DNA of 64,000 nucleotides from Macrostomum lignano (Eukaryota): contig NIVC01000503.1 of NCBI GenBank assembly GCA_002269645.1, positions 1 to 64,000 on the forward strand. The letters are read 5' to 3'. The position numbers were made by a program, and so were the translations under genes. This document shows, one piece after another, positions 1 through 11,862 of this stretch (its first letter is position 1; every line of letters starts with the position of its first letter). The notes beneath the pieces were generated by a model that saw only the letters and a list, made by a program, of their open reading frames with translations, searched no databases and had not been told where the DNA came from.

Positions 1-138
1 TGTAAAATGGGTGCCCAGTCCTTGACTGAACAGCCGTACGCAGCATTCAGATGCGCTGCGCAGTAGCTGCGGCTGAGCTGTCGGTTGCACATCTGGCCCA
101 ATTGGGGCAGGTGTAATCAGTTATATTATTATTATTAA
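1..138 (+). mobile_element. Possible 3' end of a SINE/non-LTR retroelement with an (ATT)n tail
   Basis: Begins TGTAAAATGGG (CORE-SINE-like motif, recalled) and ends in TTATATTATTATTATTAAA. Truncated by the window edge. Confidence 0.25.
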
Positions 139-2725
139 AACCTTGAGCTTTGTCAAAGCTTTCGTTAAATTTAATTGAACTCACGTCTCGCTACTAAACT
201 ATCACAGTAGTGTCGACCGTCTTTACTCGATATTTTATGGCACAAAATGTCAGAATTTAACCATCCATAACAGCTTTTATAATCACGTATACTTTTGTCT
301 GACTACATCAACTGCAATCAAGCAAGGACTATCTGGCACATTTACGAGCTATACTTTTGGATTGCAATTCAAACCACAGTGGTTAAGTCATAATAAATAG
401 CCAGCAGGCAAGTTTATTTTTCTTTACGAATTATTCCCAACAAAGAATCACATTGAACTTAGCTCCGGCCTAGCTAGTTGCTTTAATAGGCACAGTGTAA
501 AGGTAAGGTATTAGGTGATATTGTTGATATATTGTAATGAGAGATAGTAACTTTTTAAGGCATAAGAAATGCCCACAATTTTAAACGCTACAAATTGCTT
601 TAGAAATAGTGCAGCCCCGTCACCATGCAAAACTAGCTAGCTGGCAGAGTCTATATCGTTTAACGACACTCATGTAACTTCCATGGAAATGCTCTCATTT
701 TGGAATGTACAGTACAGCATGAAAAATGTACAGCAAAGCCTATTGCAGTGTCAAAATACATCGCCAAGATACGCCCCCTTCAACTAACTGAAGTGCTTGA
801 TGCAAGAGGACAACGACAAAGTCAAAACTCTGCATGGAAAATTCCATTGGCTAGTATTTTTTACGATGGAAAATTACTAGCATCCAGTTGCAACTGGGGA
901 AAAACTCAATCGATTAGCTTTACCATAAAGAAGAAAAATTTCCTGCAATCTAAAATTTCTGTCCGTCAGGACTGTACGCAACTCTATAGGCATCAAGATA
1001 TTAACTTCTGTTAACAGTAGAAAGACCCACGCTACATGTATTTTTCACTTTATGGTGAATCCATATTGGCTCAATAATCTGGGTCCATCTGTCGTCGAGG
1101 CCTTTGTTCTCAGCATCCCAGGCACCAGTATCCTCTTCATCACCGTCTGGAGCATTGACGGCGACCGTCGGGACTTTCAACGGTGTGCCACCACGCGGCC
1201 CTGACGAGCTGACACCCCGAACATCGTGATTTCTCTATCCAGGCACCAAACTAGGCATGTTTGCATATTATAAAATGGTCCTGAACCATGTTCAGCATTC
1301 AAGCTCTGTCTGGACGACCTTCGGGACCTTCAACGGAGTGCCCTGACGAGCTGGCACCACCAACATCATGCTTTTTCTATCAAGGCCGTGTGGTAGAACT
1401 CCGTTGAAGGTCCCGAAAGTCGCCTGTATATCTACAGGTCAGCCTAGAGGGTCGCCATGATTGTCCATTTCATTCACCGATTATGTATACTGACTGAATG
1501 CTGCATGCAGAAGAGGATTTGATGAAGGGGACCCTGGTGCCTGGGATGCTGAGAGCACGTCCCTGCGACTGACATGCATAGGTTGTTGAGCCGATGTGGT
1601 TTCATGATGAGATTTTGTGAGCAGAAAAATTTTGCCAATGTTGGAGGTTTTTGCCACCGGACACCCCGAGGAGAATTTTTAATATCTCGACGATGCCGAT
1701 TTTTCGTTATTCTCGAAGTTGCTTCATCGAATAGAGAGGAAAATTTTAGCACGTGTTTTGGATTTTCATGGCAATTGGCTGAATATTTTTGGAGATCCAC
1801 CAAAGGAAAAATGTGTGTATTTGAAATACATTTTCACATTGAAACTTGTGGTGGCGAGCTTATGCATTAAATATACTTGACATCTATCATAATCTTTTAG
1901 ACAAAAACGGTTACAGTAAAACAATACCAAGATTAGGTGTATATTCCAATTTTTTAACCGCTGAATCGATTCGAATGGCTACCAGAGCAATATTCGAAGC
2001 TGATTGACAGGTGCATGTGTACTGTGGTGGCGAACAGGCATAATCAAAGCTGGAAAATGTCAGATTTTCGTTATTTCAGTTTCGCGTGCATCAAAGAAAG
2101 TACCTTGTTTTAGGAGCTTTTGCCTCAGCTTGCTTGTGCTAGAATATTTGTGCCTCAGTCAAATATGGCTGCATCTGATCTCGTTTGAGTACATGCTCAA
2201 AAAAGTCTTGCTCTCTCGAGACTGAGGCTATCCTTTCGTCTATGACGCCCACTCAGCCTTAAGTCTTAGGCCCAGCAAGTTGCCTGAGAAGCATGACGAC
2301 TTGAAGCCTTATTATTCCAGAAAAGGTTTTACTCTGTATGAAGCGTCACCTGAGTCATGCAGTGAAGTGGGCGAGATAAAAGTCTACGAAGAGGAAGAAA
2401 ATTTAGTAGAAAAGCGAAACTGGGGAAACGCCTAAAACAAATAAAAAAACTTCTGCACAGTTGAGAAAGTCAGAAAGTCAGAGAGTAGCATCCCTCCGTG
2501 GCTGGACGTACAAAGCGAATTGAAGTGTACTGCAGAGACCGGAGTGGGACAGAGACACTGAATCTATAACCTCGCGCGCCTTGACAACGGCTCAGCAAAA
2601 AAATCAACAGAAGGGCCTCTGAGAAAATTTTAAACAGTAAAGATTTGTGAGCGGGAAAAAGCTCCTCGTTCCAATTCGGACGCACAATTCCAGTACTGAG
2701 AGACGGCAAACACACAACTTTCGAG

Positions 2726-5700
2726 ATGCGTCAGTCGAAGACATTGCTACTCTTTGCCATCGGTTTCTGCTGCGTCATGGTCTCCGAAGGTGTGTGATGA
2801 AGTTGATTTTTTGCTCTAAAATAGTTTATCAGCAAAATATATCCAGGTTTTCGTGGCAAAGAAGTACTTTGAATAAATAAGAACTGCTATGGCGAGGCAA
2901 GTCTTCCAGATCCGGCTTGCTTTTTTAATTTGTAGCGAGACGATATCTAAGAAGGCGATGATTAAAGATAAACGATACTTCATTTGCTTTTGCCTTTTGA
3001 AATTATTCTTCTCAGGGCGTCTAATAACTAGAAATCCTATAGGCCTCTTGAATCCCATCTTTGCGTCTCGGGGTTGCCTAAGTTTATACTTGAAACTGTT
3101 TTACCAATGGTCAGGTGATATGCAGAATACGACTTTGCCCCCCCCCACTCCATGTTGCAATGTAGGCGCTTGCAACCGAACTCGCTATGTGCAACACAAC
3201 GGCGTCCTTGTTGTCAACTCGACCATCAGTAGCCAAGTCCTGAATGCCTCCGGAGTGACTTCAGTTGAAGCATGCGCCATGCTGTGCGGAATGAAATCCT
3301 GCTCTGCCGCCGTGTTCTGGAAGAGCAGCGATCTGTGCCAGCTGGTGACGGTGTCTCGCGAGCCGGGATTTGCTGGAAACAACGAATGGAGACTACTGGG
3401 CTCGGAGACTGCTGAGGCGGTGGTGATGAAGCTGGAAAACTTCGAAGAACTGATGAAGCCTCGTATTATAAATGTCACTCGAGTGTTTACAAGTGAGAGT
3501 TCAGCCGCATGTAAATTTGCATAGAGTATCGCACACTTGGTGCACTTTTTCCGTCTTCTTTAAGTCGGCTCGAGCTGGCCACAAGTTCCTAATTTGCGCT
3601 ATCCCATGTTCGTTTTAAATTCAATCCATATGAGCATATTTGAGTCAGCAATAACTAATTGAAACATGCATGGATTTCAGACAATGGAACGGGTCGAATC
3701 GGCTCTGTCCAGCTGGTGACCATCGACATTGCCGGCTGCTACCGGATCCAACTCGCTGGTGCCAAGGGCGGCGACAACACGTATGTCAGTCCTGACGAAC
3801 TCGGCGGCAGGGGAGCTCTGGCTGCTGGAAACGTCAGTTTGTCAGTCGGAGTTCAGCTGTCGATTGTTGTCGGCCAGGCCGGAGGTCCGTCGCAGAGCAG
3901 CGGCTACTCTAGCGGCGGCGGCGGCGGAGGCAGCTTCGTGTACCGGACATCGAACAATGAGCTGCTGATGGCCGCTGGCGGCGGCGGCGGCGCCTCGTAT
4001 GGGTATTCCGGTAAGCATGCGATTTTTATTGTATCTTAACTGAGACGTTTGATAGTTGCTTTTGCCATATTGTCGTATGCAGCTATTCAATAATGTATTT
4101 GTGAAAAGTTTCAAGAAACTGAAGCCGGTAAACAGTTTAGGGAAATGGCGACTTAAGTATCTTTTATCAAGTATATTTTTAAGTAGTCCTTGAACCAGGG
4201 ACGAAACTACACTGAAGAATGCCTCAGTCTACTGGCGCATTTCTATTGTAAAATTGTGAAATCTTCATGGATCTACAGGCCAGAGTTCATTGATGGTGCA
4301 GGCTGCCAGAAATATTGCAGAATTTTTTCTGCTTCACAACACTTTAGCCGAGACAGTCTTCAATTGACGACGATCGCATGCTAAAATTCTTATGAAAGCA
4401 AAAGTTGGCACTTATATATACATTCGGAAAAGTAGAGTGAGCAGTATATGCTCGTAACAACTTTGAAAAAAACAATTTAAAGTTAAAAAGTTTTTGTTGT
4501 TGCAAAACTTTAAGGTACGCTCGTACTCAGCAACATGGTTAAATTTCCAGCCCGAAAACAGTTGTCAACTATTCTCGGATCTCAGTCTTAAGTGACGCAA
4601 TTCACAACACACCTGCGGTTCTCGTCTCAAAGCTGTGGGTGATACAGCTTAGGCTGGTGAGGGGACAGTGGAGAGTTGTGGCTTGAGCTGCATTACAGCT
4701 GCCACTTGTTAACCTCTGGTTTCGTGAAAACGTTAACATGATATCTGCGTATTTAAGGTTGGTTCAGCTATAGAAATTTCTGAGCCTTACCTTCTCCTGC
4801 AGTAGATTGGGTGAATGAGCGATCCCTGCAATGAATGAACTGACTGTAAATGAATTTCAGGTCGACCCGGAGAGGCGGGCACAGGAGGCTCAAACTCGTT
4901 CGGGACTGATGATGTAAGTTCTACAGATTGTTCGATTCGAATTAATTGTTTGCTGCAATTCAATACAGTTGACATCTCAGCAATGGCAAGTAATTAGCTA
5001 AATAAAGCAGATTGGACACTGCAACAGCGCTTCTTTGAATTTCACTTTAGTCGATTTTTGCTGCAATATAGAGCTATGTAGATACTTTTACATCTTTTCA
5101 ACAAAACAATTTGACAATTACCTTCCGAAATTCACAATTGCAAATGAAGCCTGCATAAGTATGCGATGTGTTTTCCCGGATTTTCATTTACACTGTAAAT
5201 GCTTGTCCAGCTATTTTTTAGAAATGCTATGGAATACGTAAGTTATTCGAATCGCATTAGTGTATTGTGAAGACTTCTTTCTCAGACGGTTCTGTTTTGA
5301 CAGCACGGTTGTATGTCGCAGTCCCAGCTGGTGCAGCTGTTTATTTTTATACATACGTACATAGAAACTTTTCAGGTTGAGTTATTTAGAGATTTCCGAT
5401 TTTAATTGAAGTAGCTACACCTGTACATGCTTCTTAGTCTGCGCCGGCACAGATAAAAGGCTTTCGTTCCTTTTCAATCTGGAGCCGTCTAGTAGAGTAG
5501 GTGTAGTGCTGCTACCAGTCCCTTCGGGTCTCAGCCTTCACATGACAAGGGGAAAGCGGCCCACCAATGAAGCCGCTAATGACCGCTAGACAAGAGAACA
5601 AGACACCCAGGCACTAGTGCATCCACTAGTGCCGCTGCACAAAGAGCAAACCAAGAGCTGCAGGCTGAGCCAAGCTGCCCAGCGGCTGCAAATAAGAGCA

Positions 5701-6265
5701 CAAGGGAAACTGCTGACGAGTGAGACACCAAACAGTAATCCTAATGGCTCACTGCATAATCTTAGCGTCATTCCGCTTCAGTTCTACAGAAAGCAAATGG
5801 TTTCAAAAACATACTCGACATCGCTTGCAGGCAGCCCAAACTGGCATCGGAGGCGTTAACGGACAGCCGGGCAGCAACGACCAAAGCACTGCGGCTACCG
5901 ATAGAAACCCTGGAGGCTGCGGAGCCGGCTGGCTTGGCAAGCCTACCGCCGCCCGCACAAGCACCGAATACGGAGACAGAGGCGGCAGTCGCGCCGACGG
6001 CTGGGTCGGCGGCAGAGCCGGAGACACGAGTCCCGCCGACGGCGGCTTCGGCGGTGGCGGAGGCGGAGGCGCGGCCACCACCAAAGGAGCGGCAGGAGCC
6101 GGCGGAGGCTACAGCGGCGGCGGAGCTGGGGCTCGCAGCGACCACGCCGGAGGAGGCGGCGGCTCCTTCTGCGGCGGCAACGGCTGCGTGGCCACAACGA
6201 GTGGCAACACGGGCAGCGAGCACGGCTTCGTGCTGCTGCAAATGATCGGCAGCGGCTGCGCTTAG
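2726..6265 (+). CDS. Secreted PAN/apple + ALK/LTK-type glycine-rich domain protein, paralog A (402 aa, 5 exons)
   Basis: Exons 2726-2789, 3166-3492, 3681-4010, 4861-4913, 5831-6265; all GT-AG, phases compatible, 1209 nt total. Signal peptide MRQSKTLLLFAIGFCCVMVSEG; PAN-like SVEACAMLCGMKSCSAAVFWKSSDLCQL; glycine-rich domain motifs FTNNGTGRIG, YRIQLAGAKGG, LSIVVGQAG, GGGGGSFVY, LMAAGGGGG, GGFGGGGG, GGGYSGGG, GGGGGSF, HGFVLL. No TM segment or kinase. Confidence 0.85.
5495..5734 (-). mobile_element. Internally deleted fragment of the LTR-element family seen at 8215-9081, in intron 4 of paralog A
   Basis: GGGAAACTGCTGACGAGTGAGACACCAAACA (to 5734) resembles the LTR end GGGAGACTGCTGACAAAGTGGGACGCCTAACA (to 9081). 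GTAGTGCTGCTACCAGTCCCTTCGGGTCTCAGCCTTCA (~5504) resembles ~8231. Intron 4 is 917 bp in A and 393 bp in B. Confidence 0.55.
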
Positions 6266-8214
6266 CCGTCGATTTTGAAACGCAACTCATCTTTTCAAGC
6301 GAAAAAATGAAGGTCAAAGGAAAAACTTACTTTCGTTTTTGAGGTTTCAGTGGTTTTAAGGATGCTCTATTGTTTGTTTTTTGGATACAACGTTTATTAT
6401 TTCGAATGTACGTAGTTAGACAAAACTTTTTTTCTCCCTTTAAAAGTGGGGATGTGTGTTTGAATTTCTATCGGACTGATAATCTGTGGGTTTAAGTTAG
6501 CACAATGCTTACATTTACTATATGATTCTAAATACAGGGGCTAGCTTGTCGTGGGATTTCTGCCCCATGAGGTCCATGAAGAACTACTCTCTAGGCACAG
6601 AGTAGCTACTTATCTCGATAATTCATGCAAATATGATTTTCTATCTGAAAGTGTTCGACATGTTTCCTTACCAATTCAACTCTAAAGCTTTTTTGATTGT
6701 TTACTTACTATTGCACTCTCTGGTTAAAGTTTTATTTTTTTCAAAAGGCAGAGCATTTTTTTGACACGTGAAAATCTTAATTCAAGTTCACAATACCCTC
6801 TACCATATAGTTACGGAAATAGCTCCGCGGATTGAAGATTGCTCAGATGAATTGAACGATTGGCCTTGAGCCAACTACATGAACGCTCGTAGTTACATCG
6901 ATTTGAGTAGTCTTCTACAAGCGGAGCTCTGGCCTTTATGAGATGAATTTTGTATTTGCACGCCTACTTTTTAGTTGAACTGGATGCATAATGTGCAGTT
7001 TTATCCAATGTTTAGCAATTATATTGTTTCATTTTGTTTTACTGTGTGACAGTGTCAAAATTCATTGATTTGTTATACTCGTATATACAATCGCATATAC
7101 GAGCCTATTTTGACGAAAAGTCACCGTCCTGAATATTGTTTGGATTACAACTTGTAGTTTTACGTTTATAGAATCTATCGGTCTGTACACTGTTTGTTAT
7201 ATTCTGTCTGAATTTATTTATTCAATTTTCTATTTAAGCTTCTAAATATACCATCGCTTATTTATTCAAGTAGAGCAATTCCTTCGTGAAATATAAAAAA
7301 ACTAAAAATTTTTTTTCTGAAGTATTCTTGTAATCAGTTGTTGGAATACTATATTTAAACAGCTAATATTCAGACCTGGAATATTATTCCACCTAATTCT
7401 CAAATGCCTAGGCAACACTTTTTCCTGCGCTGTTCTTCTGATAATTGTAGTTTAGTGTTGGCTCACATTGCTCGACTTGACAACTGTATTTTGCCTTGCG
7501 AAAAGCAACAAAAATGAGTTTTTTCTGAATCATAAAAACTAATATCCGTTTAACAATTGGAAATCGATCGCTTATGCTTCTAGCAATTAATGGCTGAATT
7601 TTTTTAGAGAAATATCCATTTAGCGGCCACGCAAAAGAACAGCATGCGGGATATCAGTTGTCCTGAAGAACGAAATCGAACTGAAGAAGTTTAGGAGTTA
7701 CGTGTACGAGCCATGAAGAGGCGATGCTTCAAACTTAAAGGGCTTGCAAAGTACATGCATGTATGCAGTTCCACTGAAGCCGTTCATCCCTTGTTTTAGA
7801 CTTACACTTTAGAGTGAAATGCTGCTTTAATAGAATCCAAGCCATGCAAAGCCCTTGCAGCTTCTCCAGGCCAACTGTATGTAGACTCTGTTAGCATCTT
7901 TTTGTTTCTATTACGCTCGTAGTTGCCAAGTGATCAAGAAAATTTCTCACGATCAAACAAAAAATGTCGGCGAAATCGATTCTCCGAGCTAAAACGAGAA
8001 TGCGATAGTCACGTACTTTGTGTTGTACAGCCAAAGACTTGGGCTTCCAGTTGTAAGCGCACAGTTGCTTTTGTTGTACTTGGGGTTTTCTCGGGGTGGC
8101 CTGGTAGGTCTTTGAATCCCACCGCTGCCACCAATGTTGTACCTGTGCTTCTCCTGCTGTACAGCGCAGTGATTTGGGCTCTCCGTCTTCTCACTCGGAA
8201 GCCTTCTTAGCTCT

Positions 8215-9081
8215 TAGTAGCTAGCGTAGGTAGTGCTGCCACCAGTTCCTTCAGGTCTCGGCCTTCAGTGAGGTGAGCTTCCCGTCGGAACGAAATAACG
8301 AAGTCAACGAACACAGCACCAAGTGCAGATTTGCAGTTCAACGTACTAGGCGTCTCGTCAGCGGTACCTGCCGGGCTTGGTTGGTAGAGGGAGGGCTGAG
8401 TTAGCCCCTCGTAGGCTTGGGGCGCTTGAGTCGGGACTCAGTCAGACCAATAAGAACAGAACTTAACGCACACAGATGGGCTGACACTCAGAACTCGCGG
8501 TCTCGGGAAAACGACTCCTTGACGGAAACAAGGGGGAGAGGGCTCCTATTTATAGCCGGGAAACACCCACGCACAAGACCTCGTGACTCGTTCTATTTTT
8601 AGAACTGACGTCACTTGAGAGTCTTGGGCAGGGTACAAGCGTGCGGAAGACCTCGTGACTCTTTCTATTTTTAAAACTGACGTCACTTGAGGTCTCCGCC
8701 AGAGTACACGCGGCTGTGACTCAGTTGCTATTTTAGCAACATGAGTCACTCCTCTCCTTAGAGAAGGGAGGGGTCCGAAAGCACGTGATTCTCCCGGTAA
8801 ACAGGGCCAACGAGTGCAGTAAACATGTTTACTGCACTTTAGGACTCGAAGAACGCAGAGTCTGTCATGTGACTTGCTCACATTACAGAGGAAAACGGGA
8901 CGGGAACGAAACAGAGACAGCCCACAGCAGAGAAGCTGAGGGCTGAGAACAGAGACGCAGAAGGGCAGAACAGGCCAAGGGCAGCAACAGACGGGCCAAG
9001 GGGGGCGGGAAGCTGACCAGCGGCAGACAGCAACCCAGGGCGAGGGCGAGGGAGACTGCTGACAAAGTGGGACGCCTAACA
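8215..9081 (-). mobile_element. Truncated LTR retroelement: one ~758-bp LTR (8324-9081), putative PBS and start of the internal region
   Basis: Minus strand starts TGTTAGG at 9081 and ends ...TGCA at 8324, followed after 2 nt by TGGTGCTGTG (resembles a tRNA-His-type PBS). TATAAATAG box on the minus strand near 8550; short tandem repeats with TGACGTCA upstream of it. No gag/pol or second LTR seen. Confidence 0.5.
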
Positions 9082-9912
9082 TCAACTAGCGGATCACTAC
9101 ACTTTATTTATATTTTAGTCACACTACAAAAACTACACGATCGATATTTTAGAGCCAGAGATGTCACGTGCTCAATTATACATTATACAGATAATTTATC
9201 AACCTACTTTCATGAAAGTGGCGGGGACAAGAATAATATTAATACTGTTAGCATTTACGTTATACCATACTTATAGTAGAAATATCAGCGGAACAATTAT
9301 ATTATCGTTAAGTTAACCCCTCAATATACGATACAAAACTGTTTGAATTCGTTTTCTTTACACCCAATTTTTTCTGGTCATACAAGCTACAGTCTGCATT
9401 GGAGCGTGATAGTATAATAGAGGCCTTTATAGACATCGACGGATATTGCTTTCGCAGGCGGCATTCAAGTGAACCAACGTGCACTTCACCAATACGAGGC
9501 TCACATAATGTGGCAGTACCATTTTGCATGCAAACAAATTAAAACTATTGTTTACCATTTCAGTTATGATGTTAGAATAGCTCTCTACAATTCTCTATCG
9601 AGTGCTCAAATCAAATCAAACAAGTACGCAAATATTGCCATAAAAGCATACCTCTGAAAGCTTGGATTCATTTTTTCCAACAATTTAAGCTTTAGTTTAA
9701 GAAAAAGTCTTGAAACGAGAATTAAGCATTGCACCAAATACGGAATGCTGTAAAGAAGGATTTTACAGAAAGGTACTTGTAGCAAGATTCGTACTATTAT
9801 TGTCTTGTTCAGACTTTTGTATAATTCAAACGAACAAAGAACAACTGCTCCTTTTTGCAAGCAAGCTTCAATTAGTTCAGTATGCTGTTAGAGAAGTGAG
9901 GCCTCCTTGGTC

Positions 9913-10231
9913 TCAAGGACACGAGCCAAGATTCACCAGACTCAGCAGCACAGAGCCGTGCTTGCTGGCCGTGTTGCCGCCAGCACTGCCGGTGCAGCCG
10001 CTGCCGCCGCAGAATGAGCCGCCGCCGCCTCCGCAATGGTTGCCGTAGATACCGGCTCCGCCGCCGCTGTAACCGCCGCCAGCTCCGGCTGCGCCAACGA
10101 AAGAGCTGAAGGCCGTACCAGCACCTCCTCCACCGCCGAAGCCGCCGCAGGCGATGCTGCTGCCACCGGCGCTGCCTCCAGCCCAGCTGTCGGTTTGACT
10201 ACCGCCTCGATCGCCGTCGTAGCTGTTGTAC
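9913..10231 (-). pseudogene. Orphan terminal exon of a third ALK/LTK-type glycine-rich paralog (106 codons, open)
   Basis: Minus frame YNSYDGDRGGSQTDSWAGG...GGFGGGGGAG...GAGGGYSGGGAG...GGGGGSFCGGSGC...GGNTASKHGSVLL...GSCP* aligns with exon 5 of A/B. Preceded by a CGCAG acceptor; no upstream exons found. Confidence 0.7.
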
Positions 10232-10694
10232 CTGCGAATTATTGATGCTCTGTGATTTTATTGACAACTAGATCAGTGATGTGACGAAAGGAATTCAGCA
10301 CTGGACTGTCTCATAATATGAAATTTTCAGCAGTAAATAAAGCAAATTTGTTTTTCGCGTCACAAAGTTGATTTGAGAGTCAATCGAACTCATCTTTTGA
10401 TATCCAGATCCAAACATATATATGCCCAGTTCCGGAGAAAATTGCTAAACATTTTACAGGTAAATGCAAAAACCTTTATGAAATATTTTATGATGCGATT
10501 TTAGGGCCCGTTTTACTGGCTCTGTAATCGGTTTTACCTGATAGGGGCCCGGTGCCTCTGCCCTCTGGGTGGGGGGGGTGCGGTGTGCGTTGTGCGTGAT
10601 GTTGTCAAGGACGACTTAAGTAGAAGGGCGGGAAACCTCGTTTCTTAGAAAAGTTTTGAAGGCACTTTTTCCCGAAAAAATACACTACGGAGAT

Positions 10695-11220
10695 AGGAAG
10701 TTTTCATTTTTTCAGCACAAAAATTGTTATTGCGTTTGATAGGAGGCAGATCCAAAGTTCATCTTTTGATATGTTATGCCTTTTTATTGCTCTATCGATA
10801 TTTATAAAGCTTTTCGTTCAGAAAATTAGGATTCTATGTTTCCTAACATACGTTTATTCTACGTATATTTCCTGTATCTAAAAATCACAAAAATGCATGA
10901 CACAGCTCCAATATTTGGTTTTATGAACCTATTTTATCATCTCTGTTACAAATATTTGCTACACAGTCGGGTAAGAATGATAAAATAGACTCATGAAACC
11001 AAAGAGCCGAGCCGTGGCATTCTAATGTATTTCAAGCACAAGACACGCGAAAATATACGTAGAATAAAAAATTAACATAGAATCCTAATTTTCTGAACGA
11101 AAAGCTTTATGAATATCGATTGAGCAATAAAAAAGGCACAACATATCAAAAGATGAACACTAGATCTGCCTCCTATCAAACGCAATAACAATTTTTGTGC
11201 TGAAAAAATGAAAACTTCCT
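10695..11220. mobile_element. Foldback/MITE-like element with ~145-bp inverted repeats
   Basis: 10695-10840 (AGGAAGTTTTCATTTT...GGATTCTATGTT) is the near-perfect reverse complement of 11074-11220. A further inner IR lies at ~10852-10870/11052-11070. No clear TSD. Confidence 0.7.
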
Positions 11221-11862
11221 GCATGCTTGCATGTGTAGCTAAAGGCTGAATATCCATCAGATAAATCTGTAACGAAGCCATCAGAATATCTTTTTAAAAA
11301 ACAGTAAATGAGGCCTAGCTATTGCACAAATGCAGATGCAGGAAATTACAAAATGGAATATTGTTTAGGATTATATAATGACCGCATTTACATGTAGTAG
11401 CACCATGGCACCCAATTATGGTAATTTAGATTTAAACGATTGCGATTTGAAAAAGAGAAGAAGAGAGAAAAATATCTGATAGCAAACACTGTGACGATGA
11501 TTTCTGCTAAAACTTGAATAATAGCTTTCCACTTGAATAACAGAATTTTTCGATTGCTAATTGAAGAGAATGTCAAAAGTCCAATTTGGACACTCTTACA
11601 ATTTTCATAGCTGGCAATGGAGGACCGCAGGTGGCGGTGGAGTCTTTGCCATCGTCTTGGAATAATCACGATAAATTCTATCTTATATTTTTTATGTATT
11701 GTTATATTCAGGAAAGCCAGGCAACGTATAGAAAATAATGGAAGAAATTAAACTGGACTCCTTAGTTGCTCCACTTCAACCAGAAATGGAGATCTTGGAG
11801 GTCTTCAACAATCCAAATAGCTCCCCTCATAAGTTTCTTGATGCTGTGCATCCGAGGCGGGG

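Larger units (their letters stand above)
190..7590 (+). repeat. Segmental duplication, copy A (partner ~12803-22820)
   Basis: Collinear matches by eye: 207 TAGTGTCGACCGTCTTT vs 12819 TAGTGTTGACCGTCTTT; 2050-2222 vs 13880-14060; gene exons; 7540 CTAATATCCGTTTAACAATTGGAAATCGATCG vs ~22782 CTAATATCCGTTAACACCTGGAAATCGATCG. Confidence 0.9.

Noticed and set aside
215-226. 12-nt match (minus strand GTAAAGACGGTC) to what I recall of a flatworm spliced-leader 5' end
   Set aside because: Too short, no ATG|GT donor or Sm site follows, not preserved in copy B, and the reference is from memory.
1198-1425. Hammerhead ribozyme suggested by CTGACGA (1200, 1344) and a downstream GAAA (~1415)
   Set aside because: Stems II and III cannot be formed around the core; the GAAA is sequestered in the 25-bp inverted repeat.
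2889-3524. 211-aa ORF as a stand-alone gene
   Set aside because: Chance read-through from intron 1 into exon 2. The upstream part is not conserved in copy B, and a proper signal-peptide exon exists at 2726.
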